Source of the DNA: an uncultured Verrucomicrobiae bacterium
Lineage (GTDB): Bacteria > Verrucomicrobiota > Verrucomicrobiia > Chthoniobacterales > UBA10450
Direction: 5' to 3'
DNA length: 64,000 nucleotides
Assembly (NCBI GenBank): GCA_963782205.1
Contig: CAWAIY010000007.1
Coordinates: 43,690 to 107,689 of the forward strand
Positions 8,672 to 16,796 of this stretch are shown one piece after another (position 1 is the stretch's first letter; each line of letters starts with the position of its first letter). The translations under genes were made by a program, and so were the position numbers. The notes beneath the pieces were generated by a model. That model was not told where the DNA came from. It did no database searches and was given only the letters and a program-made list of their open reading frames with translations.

Positions 8672-10477
8672 ATGAAGAAATTGCTGGCGGTAGTCGCGAT
8701 GGCACTGGTGGCAGCGGCGGCGGCGTGGATTTTCGTGCGCGTCCAGCTGGCGAATCGCCTCGTGACGGTGCCAGAGTTGCTGCCGAAGGCGACGCTCTTC
8801 CTGGTGCACGTACCGGATGTGAGACGCGCGCGAGAAGGCTGGCAAGCGAGCGATCTTTACCAGATTTGGCGCGAGCCATCGGTCCAGAGTTGGCTGCAGA
8901 AGCCGCTCGGCCGCTTGCCGCAGAATGATAGGGACGGCAAAACGCTGGAGGAGTTTCTCCAGCTCGGCCCGACGCACGCTTTTATTGCTTTGGCGTCGCT
9001 TGAGAATAACGAACCGAAACTGGTCGGCGGGTTCCATTTTGCGGAGACGCCGGAAAAAGCGAAGCAATTTATCGCGCAACGCGAGGCGAAATGGTGGCCC
9101 AAAGCGGGCGACGCGAAGCGCGAAACGATTCTCTACGACCAACACCGGATCGAGACGCTAAACGTCTCGCATTTCGTTTTCGCGCGCGCCTTCGATAACC
9201 ATTGGTTCTTCGCCTCGAACAATCTCGCTGCGCTTAAGGCATTGCTGGATCGTGTCGATCGACGTCGAGAGAAAAAGGAGCCTTCGCTCAAGGATGATGA
9301 GGCGTTTGCCGCCGCGAGAAAGCATCTCGCGGGAGAATATGAGGGATTGCTTTTTGTCGACCCGCGGCCCTTCCTGGAAAGGCTGATGCCGCTCATCTTG
9401 ATGGCAGGCCAATCGCTCCCGGCTGCGCAGCTCGAACGGCTCAGATCAGTGCGCAGGGTGGCGGTAGCGCTCGGATTCGAACATGGCAAAATGCGCGAGA
9501 CCGATTTTGTGGAGATGCCGCGGGTCGGCACGGACAAAAAATTGACGCGTCCGCTCCTTGCCACCGCCGGGGCCGACACCTTTTTCTATTCTGTGTCGCG
9601 GATGTCTTGGCGGGACAATGTTTTCTCACCCACTACACCAGCGGCCAGCGGTCTTTCCGCGCTTATCCGGCAATTCAGCCTGGGGCTCGCCTCGCGCGGG
9701 ATTTCGGCCGACGACCTGGGGCAGGCCTTTGGTGAGCAACTGGAAATGACCGGCGCCTGGCAGGCGGACGCGCATTGGCCAACCTTTCTCGCCGCTCTGC
9801 CCGTGATTGACCCGGCACGCGCGCGGAAAATTGCTGAGGCGGTGACCTCCGTCGAGATCGCCGGCACGCCTTGGACGCGGACAGAGAAAAATGATGCGAC
9901 CATTTACAGCGCTCAACCGTTTGGCGGCGTGGTGCAGTTTAGTGCCACGGTCGCGGTTTCGGACAAGATGATGTTCCTTGGCTCGGACACGGGAGCGGTT
10001 GAAGCTGCGCTGGCGGGGCCGACTGAGCCGACCGGCGAACTAGAAAGAAGCGCCATTTTCCGGGACGCCGCGACGCAGGTTTCGGCCGGAGATTCGGCAT
10101 TTAATTACGTCGATACCCGGTTGTTATTCGAACGGGCAAACGCCGCCATCCGTCCGTTGCTCATCATGGGTGCAGCGGTGTATCCCGCCTTGGGGAAGGA
10201 TGTCGACTTGGCAAAGCTCCCACCGTCGGAGGCGATCGCGAAACATCTCTCGCCCATCGTGATGTCGCAGCGCTACGAGAGTGACGGCTATGTGACCGAA
10301 TCGGTTGGACCGGTGACATTTCGGGAGGCAACGATCGGAATCGCGGCCGTGGTGGGAAGCTCGCTCCTCTACTTCCGGGAAGGGTTGAGGAACCGCGGAC
10401 TTCTCCAGGCGGTGCCGGCCATCGCTTCCCCGACGCCAACGATGCCGTCCCCAAGTCCAACACCCAGCCCCTTTTGA
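8672..10477 (+). CDS. hypothetical exported protein (DUF3352-like)
   Basis: 601-aa ORF with the N-terminal anchor MKKLLAVVAMALVAAAAAW. The family assignment is from memory only. Confidence 0.6.
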   Translation: MKKLLAVVAMALVAAAAAWIFVRVQLANRLVTVPELLPKATLFLVHVPDVRRAREGWQASDLYQIWREPSVQSWLQKPLGRLPQNDRDGKTLEEFLQLGPTHAFIALASLENNEPKLVGGFHFAETPEKAKQFIAQREAKWWPKAGDAKRETILYDQHRIETLNVSHFVFARAFDNHWFFASNNLAALKALLDRVDRRREKKEPSLKDDEAFAAARKHLAGEYEGLLFVDPRPFLERLMPLILMAGQSLPAAQLERLRSVRRVAVALGFEHGKMRETDFVEMPRVGTDKKLTRPLLATAGADTFFYSVSRMSWRDNVFSPTTPAASGLSALIRQFSLGLASRGISADDLGQAFGEQLEMTGAWQADAHWPTFLAALPVIDPARARKIAEAVTSVEIAGTPWTRTEKNDATIYSAQPFGGVVQFSATVAVSDKMMFLGSDTGAVEAALAGPTEPTGELERSAIFRDAATQVSAGDSAFNYVDTRLLFERANAAIRPLLIMGAAVYPALGKDVDLAKLPPSEAIAKHLSPIVMSQRYESDGYVTESVGPVTFREATIGIAAVVGSSLLYFREGLRNRGLLQAVPAIASPTPTMPSPSPTPSPF

Positions 10478-10540
10478 GGGGAATTGCTCAATCTGGCGGA
10501 CCGCGTTGCGGAACCGTTCAGAGCGAGCGACATATTTTTC

Positions 10541-10548
10541 GCGGAAGT
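10541..10548. repeat. target-site duplication GCGGAAGT (left copy)
   Basis: This 8-mer is identical to 13683..13690 and directly abuts the left terminal inverted repeat. Confidence 0.8.
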
Positions 10549-10573
10549 CGGGATTATGCACTTCACGAATGTT
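10549..10573. repeat. left terminal inverted repeat CGGGATTATGCACTTCACGAATGTT
   Basis: The reverse complement of 13658..13682 is CGGGATTATGCACTTGACAAATGTT, which differs at two positions. Confidence 0.85.
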
Positions 10574-10612
10574 TGTGATCACTGCAAGATTAGCGTTAAG
10601 CTCTTTCCTCGC

Positions 10613-11206
10613 TTAGCGGTGGGATTTTTTAGAACGTCGCTCTCCCACCGGATTCGTTTGTCCCTTGAACTGATTCGGCGAATCAATAGGGCAGCCTCGC
10701 ACTTCTTCGATGATGAGCTGGCAGATATACATCATTGGGGTTAAAAGAAACTTCGACGGGCCAAAATTGATAATTTCCAATGTAATTGGACCCGACCATC
10801 CGGCGTGAATGGTTGGCGCGGTGAAGTGAATTAAAATGCCGCACCGCGCCAGCGAACTTTTGCCCTCGACGCGTGCGCTGTAACTTTGTGATTTATCTCC
10901 CAGGATCGGAAGGGTAATTCTCTCGTATGTATTCGCTAGAATAAGCTTGTTTGGCTTTAGCGTATATCCTTGGTCATCCTCTAATTTCTTCTTTTTGGAG
11001 TGCTTCGCCCAATATCCGGCAATTCCAGATTCCGTTAGATCAAGGGCTACTGGTGCGCCTTCTAAAACGTTTATTTCTTTTCCGAGGCGAAGATCGACGG
11101 CGCTCGTGTTGAACGGTGCCTGAGTTGGATCGGTGCCCGCTAAACCGTCAATCGTCAACGCCCCACGATTGATTGCGTTGATGATCTCCCTATTGCTTAA
11201 AATCAC
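10613..11206 (-). CDS. Dcd-like dCTP deaminase (dUTPase-fold) with basic C-terminal tail; transposon cargo
   Basis: GTG start. MILSNREIINAINRG...GKSSLARCGILIHFTAPTIHAGWSGPITLEIINFG closely resembles the Dcd core (E. coli GKSSLARLGL...DPGWSG). GC is low relative to the host. Confidence 0.85.
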   Translation of the reverse strand: MILSNREIINAINRGALTIDGLAGTDPTQAPFNTSAVDLRLGKEINVLEGAPVALDLTESGIAGYWAKHSKKKKLEDDQGYTLKPNKLILANTYERITLPILGDKSQSYSARVEGKSSLARCGILIHFTAPTIHAGWSGPITLEIINFGPSKFLLTPMMYICQLIIEEVRGCPIDSPNQFKGQTNPVGERRSKKSHR

Positions 11207-11229
11207 TAGGGTCGAGTCGTAGGCAATCT

Positions 11230-11514
11230 CTATGCGGCTTGCAAGAGTCTTTCGTTGATACTAAGCCACCGCGAGCCGGTTTGGAAGGCTTCGGACGGCA
11301 ATAAGACCGTCTTTTGATGTGGTTTCCCATTCTCTCCAACCAAAATTACCTGAATATGCGGCTTGCCTTTTATCTTTTTTATTAGCGAACGGTCGGCGAA
11401 CAGTGAAACGGATTTGTCGTCGAATTGAATTTCCACAGCAGCCTCGCTGCTAAACATTCCCTCAGCAATAGTGCAGGGAATCCAGACACGACGGGATGTA
11501 TTCATACGAATCAC
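11230..11514 (-). CDS. small hypothetical protein (94 aa) immediately upstream of the Dcd-like gene
   Basis: Same strand as the Dcd-like gene, with a 23-nt gap to its start. I recognise no family. Real coding status is inferred only from the ORF and its operon position. Confidence 0.5.
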   Translation of the reverse strand: MIRMNTSRRVWIPCTIAEGMFSSEAAVEIQFDDKSVSLFADRSLIKKIKGKPHIQVILVGENGKPHQKTVLLPSEAFQTGSRWLSINERLLQAA

Positions 11515-11689
11515 GAAACTCCACCCGTTGCGATAGTGTCAATAACAAAATGTCAAGTTTTTGGCGAGAGCCTACGGTTTTTTGATTCGACGGTCGGTGC
11601 GATTAGGATTCGTGGTTTTTCGCTTCGCCTTCTTCCCGCTTGGCGGCGGAGGAACACGCATCGCGCGACGCATCGCCTCGTCGAACTTG

Positions 11690-12061
11690 CTATTCGATGG
11701 CAGGCGAATCGGCTTTGGGCTTGGCATTGGCGATTTTCGGCACGCGAAATCTTTGGCGTACTAATTTTATGTCGATCTCAGGCTTCAAGTCCTCCGGCAT
11801 TATGTTGCCATTTTTTTTGATCGTATTACGGACTTCGCGACCAACGTTAAAGTGGATTTCTTTTGCGGCTTCTTCATCCGAGTTTTCTCGGCGCAACAAT
11901 CTTTCTTCCGTTTGAGTTGCTCGGAAAAAATGCGCAGCCAACTCCGATCTTCCGGCATGATCGAAGAGGTCAGCCGATGACGGCAGATTTTTTCGAGCCT
12001 TTACGGCATCCAAGCCCATATCATAAAGTCCGCGATATAGCGCGGTTGGTGAGATGCGCAA
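11690..12061 (-). pseudogene. DinD (DNA-damage-inducible protein D) C-terminal fragment
   Basis: GLYDMGLDAVKARKNL...DHAGRSELAAHFFRATQTEERL...HFNVGREVRNTIKKNGNIMPEDL aligns from memory with the C-terminal ~120 aa of E. coli DinD (HMGSTELAANLFRATQTEEKL...HFDVGRKVRQTI). The N-terminal ~150 aa have no room upstream. Confidence 0.7.
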
Positions 12062-12134
12062 TAAATCAAGAAATCACATCTTTACACTTTTTTTGTTGCG
12101 TTTCATATACACTAACACGACTGTCGCTCTCAGG

Positions 12135-12572
12135 ATGAACCTCCGCCGAAAACTAACTCGGGAGATTGAAAAGCAGGAAGTGAAAATTTCTCAGATGCGC
12201 AGCGATTTGGTGGCAGCGGAGGCATATCTGAAGGCACAGCAAGATGTGCTCAAGTTGCTGCCGCGCGAACCGCACCAGAGGGAGGCACATCAATTACGTG
12301 TCAACAGCGACCTTGCCAAAGCGCGAGAAATCATCGCAGAAGAGGGTAAGCCGATTCACGTAAGCGAACTCCTTAAACGACTGGGGAAGGAACTTACGCG
12401 GGATAGCAGGGCATCGCTAAGTGCATCAATCGGAGCATATGTTCGTAGAAATGAAATTTTCACACGCCCTGCGCCGAACACTTTTGGGCTGGTCGTGTTC
12501 AACGGTGCCCAAGAGGCTGATCCGGAACCACCCGAAGGATTTGGAATAGACGAAGAAAAGGCCGAGATGTGA
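12135..12572 (+). CDS. hypothetical coiled-coil protein with C-terminal HARE-HTH-like winged helix
   Basis: KPIHVSELLKRLGKELTRDSRASLSASIGAYVRRNEIFTRPAPNTFGL resembles the HARE-HTH pattern. The start at the ATG 12135 (MNLRRKL) is preferred over the track start at 12054. Confidence 0.55.
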   Translation: MNLRRKLTREIEKQEVKISQMRSDLVAAEAYLKAQQDVLKLLPREPHQREAHQLRVNSDLAKAREIIAEEGKPIHVSELLKRLGKELTRDSRASLSASIGAYVRRNEIFTRPAPNTFGLVVFNGAQEADPEPPEGFGIDEEKAEM

Positions 12573-12580
12573 TCTCGGCC
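12560..12580 (+). terminator. hairpin GGCCGAGAT-gtg-ATCTCGGCC overlapping the stop codon, followed by TTT
   Basis: Perfect 9-bp stem read from the sequence. The T-tract is short. Confidence 0.5.
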
Positions 12581-12591
12581 TTTCAGGACTT

Positions 12592-12666
12592 GCCTACGTA
12601 GTTCAAATGCCGGTTAGAACACCCGCCTTGGGAGCGGGAGAAGTGGGTCCAATCCCCACCGTAGGC
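12592..12666 (+). tRNA. tRNA-Pro(UGG)-like cloverleaf, atypical (possible pseudo or mobile-element tRNA)
   Basis: Folded by hand. The stems are: acceptor GCCTACG/CGTAGGC, D GTTC/GAAC, anticodon CCCGC/GCGGG, T GTGGG/CCCAC, and all pair perfectly. The anticodon loop is CTTGGGA. Three features are atypical: a 12-nt D loop, a T loop of TCCAATC (C where the conserved T55 should be), and no encoded CCA. Confidence 0.55.
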
Positions 12667-13634
12667 TATTTCATTGCATTTTTCAATGGCTTCAACGTTA
12701 GGCGCTTTCCCTCCGCCAATTTCAGGGCGGAAACCGTGCGCTCTCCATCGGTGATTTTCCGATTGTTGTAGCGATGATCGAATTCCGCCAAATAGAGAGG
12801 CAGATGTTTCTTAGACACTTGATGAAACGTGCCAATCACTCCGCGCTTTAGCAGGGAAAATTTACTTTCAACGGTGTTTGTGTGGACAGTGAAATCTCCC
12901 TCGCGGCGAGCATATTCCTTCGCCGAATGCTTGACGGCCTTGTGTTTGAAAATCTTCGGCATCCCGCGATAGGCAAGGAAATCGTCCGTGCAAACCGTTG
13001 AGCCGTCTTGAACGTGTTCCATGATTGCGTTTTTCAGGTTGCGTCCGGTGACGCGATCCAGAACAAGCGAGCGTGCGTTGCCGCCGCGCTCGACCAGCGA
13101 AACGACGCAAGTTTTATTTGATCGTCCCGCTTTGCCGCCGTCGCGCACCTTGCCGCCGACGTAAGTTTCGTCTACTTCGACCGTCCCGCTCAGCATCCCG
13201 GTAAACGCTGGATGCGAGAGCGCGTATCGAATGCGGTGCATCATGAAAAGCGCGCTGCGATAGCTGCCAAGGCCCAGCATTCGCTGGATCTGAAGCGAGC
13301 TGATGCCTTTTTTCGAGGAACAGAGAAGGTACCACGCCACGAGCCATTTTCGGAGCGGGATGTGCGAATCCTCGAAGATCGTCCCGACTGTGACCGTGAA
13401 CTGCTTTTTGCAAATGGCGCACTGGCGCAATCCGGCGCGCACCTTCGCTCTATCGTTAGGCTTGATCTCCCAGAATTTCGTTTCGTCGGCGTTTTTGCAA
13501 TGCGGACAAACGATCCCATTGGGCCAGCGAATTTCCTCTAAGTATTGGCGCGCTTTTTCGTCCGATGCGAAGCGGATATTGATCTCATCGAGCGTCAAAT
13601 CCTCTGGCGTTGGCAGCATGGATTTTCGTTTCAT
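12666..13634 (-). CDS. IS1595-family transposase (N-terminal zinc ribbon + ISXO2-like DDE domain)
   Basis: The protein contains ...ARQYLEEIRWPNGIVCPHCKN...CAICKKQFTVTVGTIFEDSHIPLRKW...VEVDETYVGG...TDDFLAYRG...HTNTVESKFSLLKRG, the characteristic IS1595/ISXO2 pattern. Confidence 0.9.
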   Translation of the reverse strand: MKRKSMLPTPEDLTLDEINIRFASDEKARQYLEEIRWPNGIVCPHCKNADETKFWEIKPNDRAKVRAGLRQCAICKKQFTVTVGTIFEDSHIPLRKWLVAWYLLCSSKKGISSLQIQRMLGLGSYRSALFMMHRIRYALSHPAFTGMLSGTVEVDETYVGGKVRDGGKAGRSNKTCVVSLVERGGNARSLVLDRVTGRNLKNAIMEHVQDGSTVCTDDFLAYRGMPKIFKHKAVKHSAKEYARREGDFTVHTNTVESKFSLLKRGVIGTFHQVSKKHLPLYLAEFDHRYNNRKITDGERTVSALKLAEGKRLTLKPLKNAMK

Positions 13635-13657
13635 GCGACCAGTCTCGTTTATTCTTT

Positions 13658-13682
13658 AACATTTGTCAAGTGCATAATCCCG
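13658..13682. repeat. right terminal inverted repeat AACATTTGTCAAGTGCATAATCCCG
   Basis: Inverted partner of 10549..10573 (23/25 match). It lies 24 nt upstream of the transposase start. Confidence 0.85.
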
Positions 13683-13690
13683 GCGGAAGT
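13683..13690. repeat. target-site duplication GCGGAAGT (right copy)
   Basis: Identical to 10541..10548 and directly abuts the right IR. Confidence 0.8.
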
Positions 13691-13737
13691 GAGAAAACTG
13701 CTGCTATTCGGCCGGAATATGTTATTTTTTTCGCCCT

Positions 13738-14058
13738 ATGGCCATCCTAAAAAAGAACGCCTTCTCACGCCGAGTGCCAGATCTCGTTACGGAAGAACTC
13801 GTTGCGGTTCTTTCCCGACGCACTTCATTCGAGTTTAAGCAACTCTTTGAGATCCTGCATGAAAATCTCCGAGCCCGCAACGCGGCCAGCGGTGGAGAAG
13901 AAATGTTGCGCCTGCGCGCCTATGAGAAGCTGCAAAACTTGGTGGCGCGGGGGATGGTCAAGAAAACCGGCAAGAAATATCGGGGATTACCTTCCGCTCT
14001 GGCCAAGGCGTTGATCCCGCCGAACGGCCACCTCCCGACCGCTGCGGCCTCTCGCTAG
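13738..14058 (+). CDS. hypothetical protein (106 aa)
   Basis: ORF with host-like composition lying outside the transposon. I recognise no family. Confidence 0.45.
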   Translation: MAILKKNAFSRRVPDLVTEELVAVLSRRTSFEFKQLFEILHENLRARNAASGGEEMLRLRAYEKLQNLVARGMVKKTGKKYRGLPSALAKALIPPNGHLPTAAASR

Positions 14059-14106
14059 AGCGTTCGTGGCGCCGGTTCACGCTGCCAGGAAAAACGGCTT
14101 GAGGTA

Positions 14107-14478
14107 ATGATCCGCGAATATATCCCCGTTCTGCTGCAGGCGGCGGTCGCGGTGGGCTTTGCGGCAGGAGCGCTTATCATGAGTGTGTTGCTCGGGAAAG
14201 CCGGGGTGCGCACACGGACGAAGGACTCTGCCTATGAGTGCGGAATGGTGCCTGAGGGTGAAGCGCAGCCACGTTTCAGCGTTAAGTTCTACCTGGTGGC
14301 GATGCTCTTCATTCTCTTCGATCTGGAGATCGTCTTCATGTATCCGTGGGCGGTGGTCTTTCGCGAAGCGGTCGGGCAAAGCCACGTCATTTTTTGGAGC
14401 ATGTTGAGCTTCGTTTCGATTCTGATGGTGGGCTACGTTTACGCGCTGAAAAAAGGCGCGCTTGACTGGAAAAAGTAG
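14107..14478 (+). CDS. nuoA: NADH-quinone oxidoreductase subunit A
   Basis: ...YECGMVPEGEAQPRFSVKFYLVAMLFILFDLEIVFMYPWAVVF is the NuoA/NdhC signature. A GAGGT Shine-Dalgarno sequence precedes the ATG. Confidence 0.9.
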   Translation: MIREYIPVLLQAAVAVGFAAGALIMSVLLGKAGVRTRTKDSAYECGMVPEGEAQPRFSVKFYLVAMLFILFDLEIVFMYPWAVVFREAVGQSHVIFWSMLSFVSILMVGYVYALKKGALDWKK

Positions 14479-14531
14479 CGTCGGAGAAAAAAGGCTCGCC
14501 CGGCGTCCGTAGTGCGGTTTTAGTCGTCGCG

Positions 14532-16463
14532 ATGCTCGCGCTGGGTTACCTCGCCGTTGTCATCGTCCTAGGCGACCGGATTCGCGGGAAATTCTGGCTC
14601 GCACCATCGCCGTTGCACCGGTGGGCGGCGGCATTCCTGGTCGGCATTCTTGTCAGCACATGGCTGACTTATCTTTTCGGCGTCGCGTTTGCTGCCAGCG
14701 CCAAGCCACTCGTCTGGGCAAACCTTTTCTTTTTTATCGTCGCAGGCTTTTGCCTGCTTCTTTTGCGCCGCTTCGACGACCTCGATTCCATCTCGGTCCC
14801 CCCGAAAAAGTTAGATTGGCGAGACGCGCTCTTTGTCGCCGCGTTTCTGGCGGTCTCCTGTTGGCTGATGTTCGGCACGCTGTCGATGGTCGACGGCGAC
14901 GTACTCCTCGCTTCCGTCGTCTGGAACGATTTCGGGCCCAATCTTGCCTTGATGCAAAGCTTCGCGCTCGGGCACAACTTTCCGGCTGAGTATCCCTATT
15001 TCATTCACGAACCGATCCGATACCATTTTCTGTTTTGGTTTCAGGCCGGTAACCTTGAGTTTCTCGGACTCAACCTGGCCGCGGCGCTCAATCTCTTGAG
15101 CGCGCTGTCGATGCTGGCGTTGTTGATCTCCATCCTGACATTGGGCGAAGCGCTCTTTGGATCGCGCGTAATCGGCGGCATTGCTGCGTTGCTCCTTTTT
15201 TTTCACGGCTCGCTCTCTTACGTGCCGTTTCTGCAGTCGCAGCATTCAGTGGGCGGCGCCATCCACGCCATCACCCACCTGAACCGCTGGCTTTCATCCG
15301 GTTACCCGTACAGGGGCGAAGACTGGGGAATCTGGTCGCCGAGCATCCTTTACGTGCAACGGCATTTGCTGGGCGCGGTCGGAATCCTTTGTCTGGTGCT
15401 GACGTTTCTTGTCGAGTTTTACAAACAAAAATCGGCCGGTCGCGAGCGGGCGCCGGAAGAGGAACCGGTCGCGTCCCCGCCCCTGCGGAGTTTCATTTTC
15501 TGCGGAGTGCTCATCGGCCTTCTCGTCTGCTGGAACAGTCCGATCTTCGTTTCTGCGCTGACTTTGATCGGCTGTTTGTTTCTCTTTCTGCCCGGGCGCG
15601 TCCGCCTCGCGGCGCTACTGAGCACCGCGCTCCTCATCGGCCTTCCGCAGGTGTTGTTGCTCGGCTTCGCCCAAACAAGCCATCGTTTTTCGATCCTTCA
15701 TTGGGGTTACACGCTCGAGAATCCGACTTTCGCCAAGGCCGTCACTTATTTCCTTTTCACGTTCGGGCCCAAGCTGGGACTCGCTTTCATGGCGATCATT
15801 TTGCTCCGAACGATGCATCGCGTGTTCTTCCTGGCCATGGCCAGCCTCCTCGTGCTGGCTTTTGGGACCCAGTTGAGCGTGGACATCATGAATAACCAGA
15901 AGTTCCTCTACCTCTGGCTGATTCTGCTGAACCTCTTCGTGGCTTACGCGCTGGCACGGATCTATCGCGTTCAGTTCGTCGGCAAAGTTGCGGCAATTCT
16001 ACTCGGCGCGAGCGTGATCGCCGGCGGCGCGATCGAACTGTTTTGTGTTCACAACGACCACTGGATCGATGTCCCGTTTCGGAACAACGCGCTCTCGCAA
16101 TGGCTCCTGCAAAATACCAAGCCGAGCGATGTGTTTCTGACCGACCGATTCGTTCATCATCCGATCCTGATGAACGGCCGCCGGATATTTTACGGCTGGC
16201 CCTATTTTCCGTGGTCGATGGGTTACGAGACGGCCAAACGCGACACAGCCTACAGGCTAATGTTTAGCGCAACGAACCCCGATCTTTTGCTCGATCTGCT
16301 GAAAAGCAACGGAATCGATTACGTCGGGATCGACAACGGTCTGCGTCAGGGATATCTGGGGGTCGGCGCGCACGAAAACGTCTTCGCGTCGAGTCTCCCG
16401 AGGGTGTTTCAGGACAGGGAAAAGCGCTTCGGTGGCCTGACAATCTACAAAGTTCCGCGTTGA
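14532..16463 (+). CDS. large polytopic membrane protein, possibly GT-C-fold (family 39/83-like) glycosyltransferase
   Basis: 643 aa with more than 10 predicted TM segments and a C-terminal soluble domain. The family call is tentative. Confidence 0.55.
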   Translation: MLALGYLAVVIVLGDRIRGKFWLAPSPLHRWAAAFLVGILVSTWLTYLFGVAFAASAKPLVWANLFFFIVAGFCLLLLRRFDDLDSISVPPKKLDWRDALFVAAFLAVSCWLMFGTLSMVDGDVLLASVVWNDFGPNLALMQSFALGHNFPAEYPYFIHEPIRYHFLFWFQAGNLEFLGLNLAAALNLLSALSMLALLISILTLGEALFGSRVIGGIAALLLFFHGSLSYVPFLQSQHSVGGAIHAITHLNRWLSSGYPYRGEDWGIWSPSILYVQRHLLGAVGILCLVLTFLVEFYKQKSAGRERAPEEEPVASPPLRSFIFCGVLIGLLVCWNSPIFVSALTLIGCLFLFLPGRVRLAALLSTALLIGLPQVLLLGFAQTSHRFSILHWGYTLENPTFAKAVTYFLFTFGPKLGLAFMAIILLRTMHRVFFLAMASLLVLAFGTQLSVDIMNNQKFLYLWLILLNLFVAYALARIYRVQFVGKVAAILLGASVIAGGAIELFCVHNDHWIDVPFRNNALSQWLLQNTKPSDVFLTDRFVHHPILMNGRRIFYGWPYFPWSMGYETAKRDTAYRLMFSATNPDLLLDLLKSNGIDYVGIDNGLRQGYLGVGAHENVFASSLPRVFQDREKRFGGLTIYKVPR

Positions 16464-16796
16464 GCGACGATGTTCGCCCTGATTTTTCTCGCTCGACCGA
16501 TCGCTTCGCGGAATCGAAATCGCGCAGCGCCTCTTTCCATTCACACATAGCGGCGAACGATTGTTATGGGCGCGGGGCTGGGACCGCCGCGAGCCACTTT
16601 CAAAAACGTCGAAAGTACCATTTACGCCGCTGCCCCGGCCGAATCTGAGCAATGAAGAATGGCAAACTTCCCAGTGTGGCGGTTGCGCCATTCGTCATCG
16701 GAAATCGCTTCAGGCTCCGAGCTTTGTCATTCGTCATTTCACACCTCGGATTCGTGCTTGCGCCACCGTCGGCCCAAGCCTAATAGCTATCCGCTC

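Larger units (their letters stand above)
10549..13682 (-). mobile_element. IS1595-family transposon (3134 bp) carrying about 2.1 kb of cargo
   Basis: The 25-bp terminal inverted repeats match at 23/25 positions and are flanked by a perfect 8-bp direct repeat. A single IS1595-type transposase sits next to the right IR. The interior is visibly AT-richer than the flanks. Confidence 0.85.

Noticed and set aside
10124-10582. 152-aa minus-strand ORF starting MITNIREVHNPDFREKY
   Set aside because: Its first codons are simply the left inverted repeat of the transposon read as protein. The rest is antisense to the end of the DUF3352-like gene.
12592-12666. tRNA-like gene as an attB/integration target of a genomic island
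   Set aside because: It lies inside the transposon inverted repeats, not at a boundary. I found no partial direct repeat of its 3' end.
16689-16737. 10-nt direct repeat CATTCGTCAT (16689..16698 and 16728..16737) upstream of the Dabb gene
   Set aside because: It could be an operator, but there is a single pair of short repeats with no palindromic structure and no other support.
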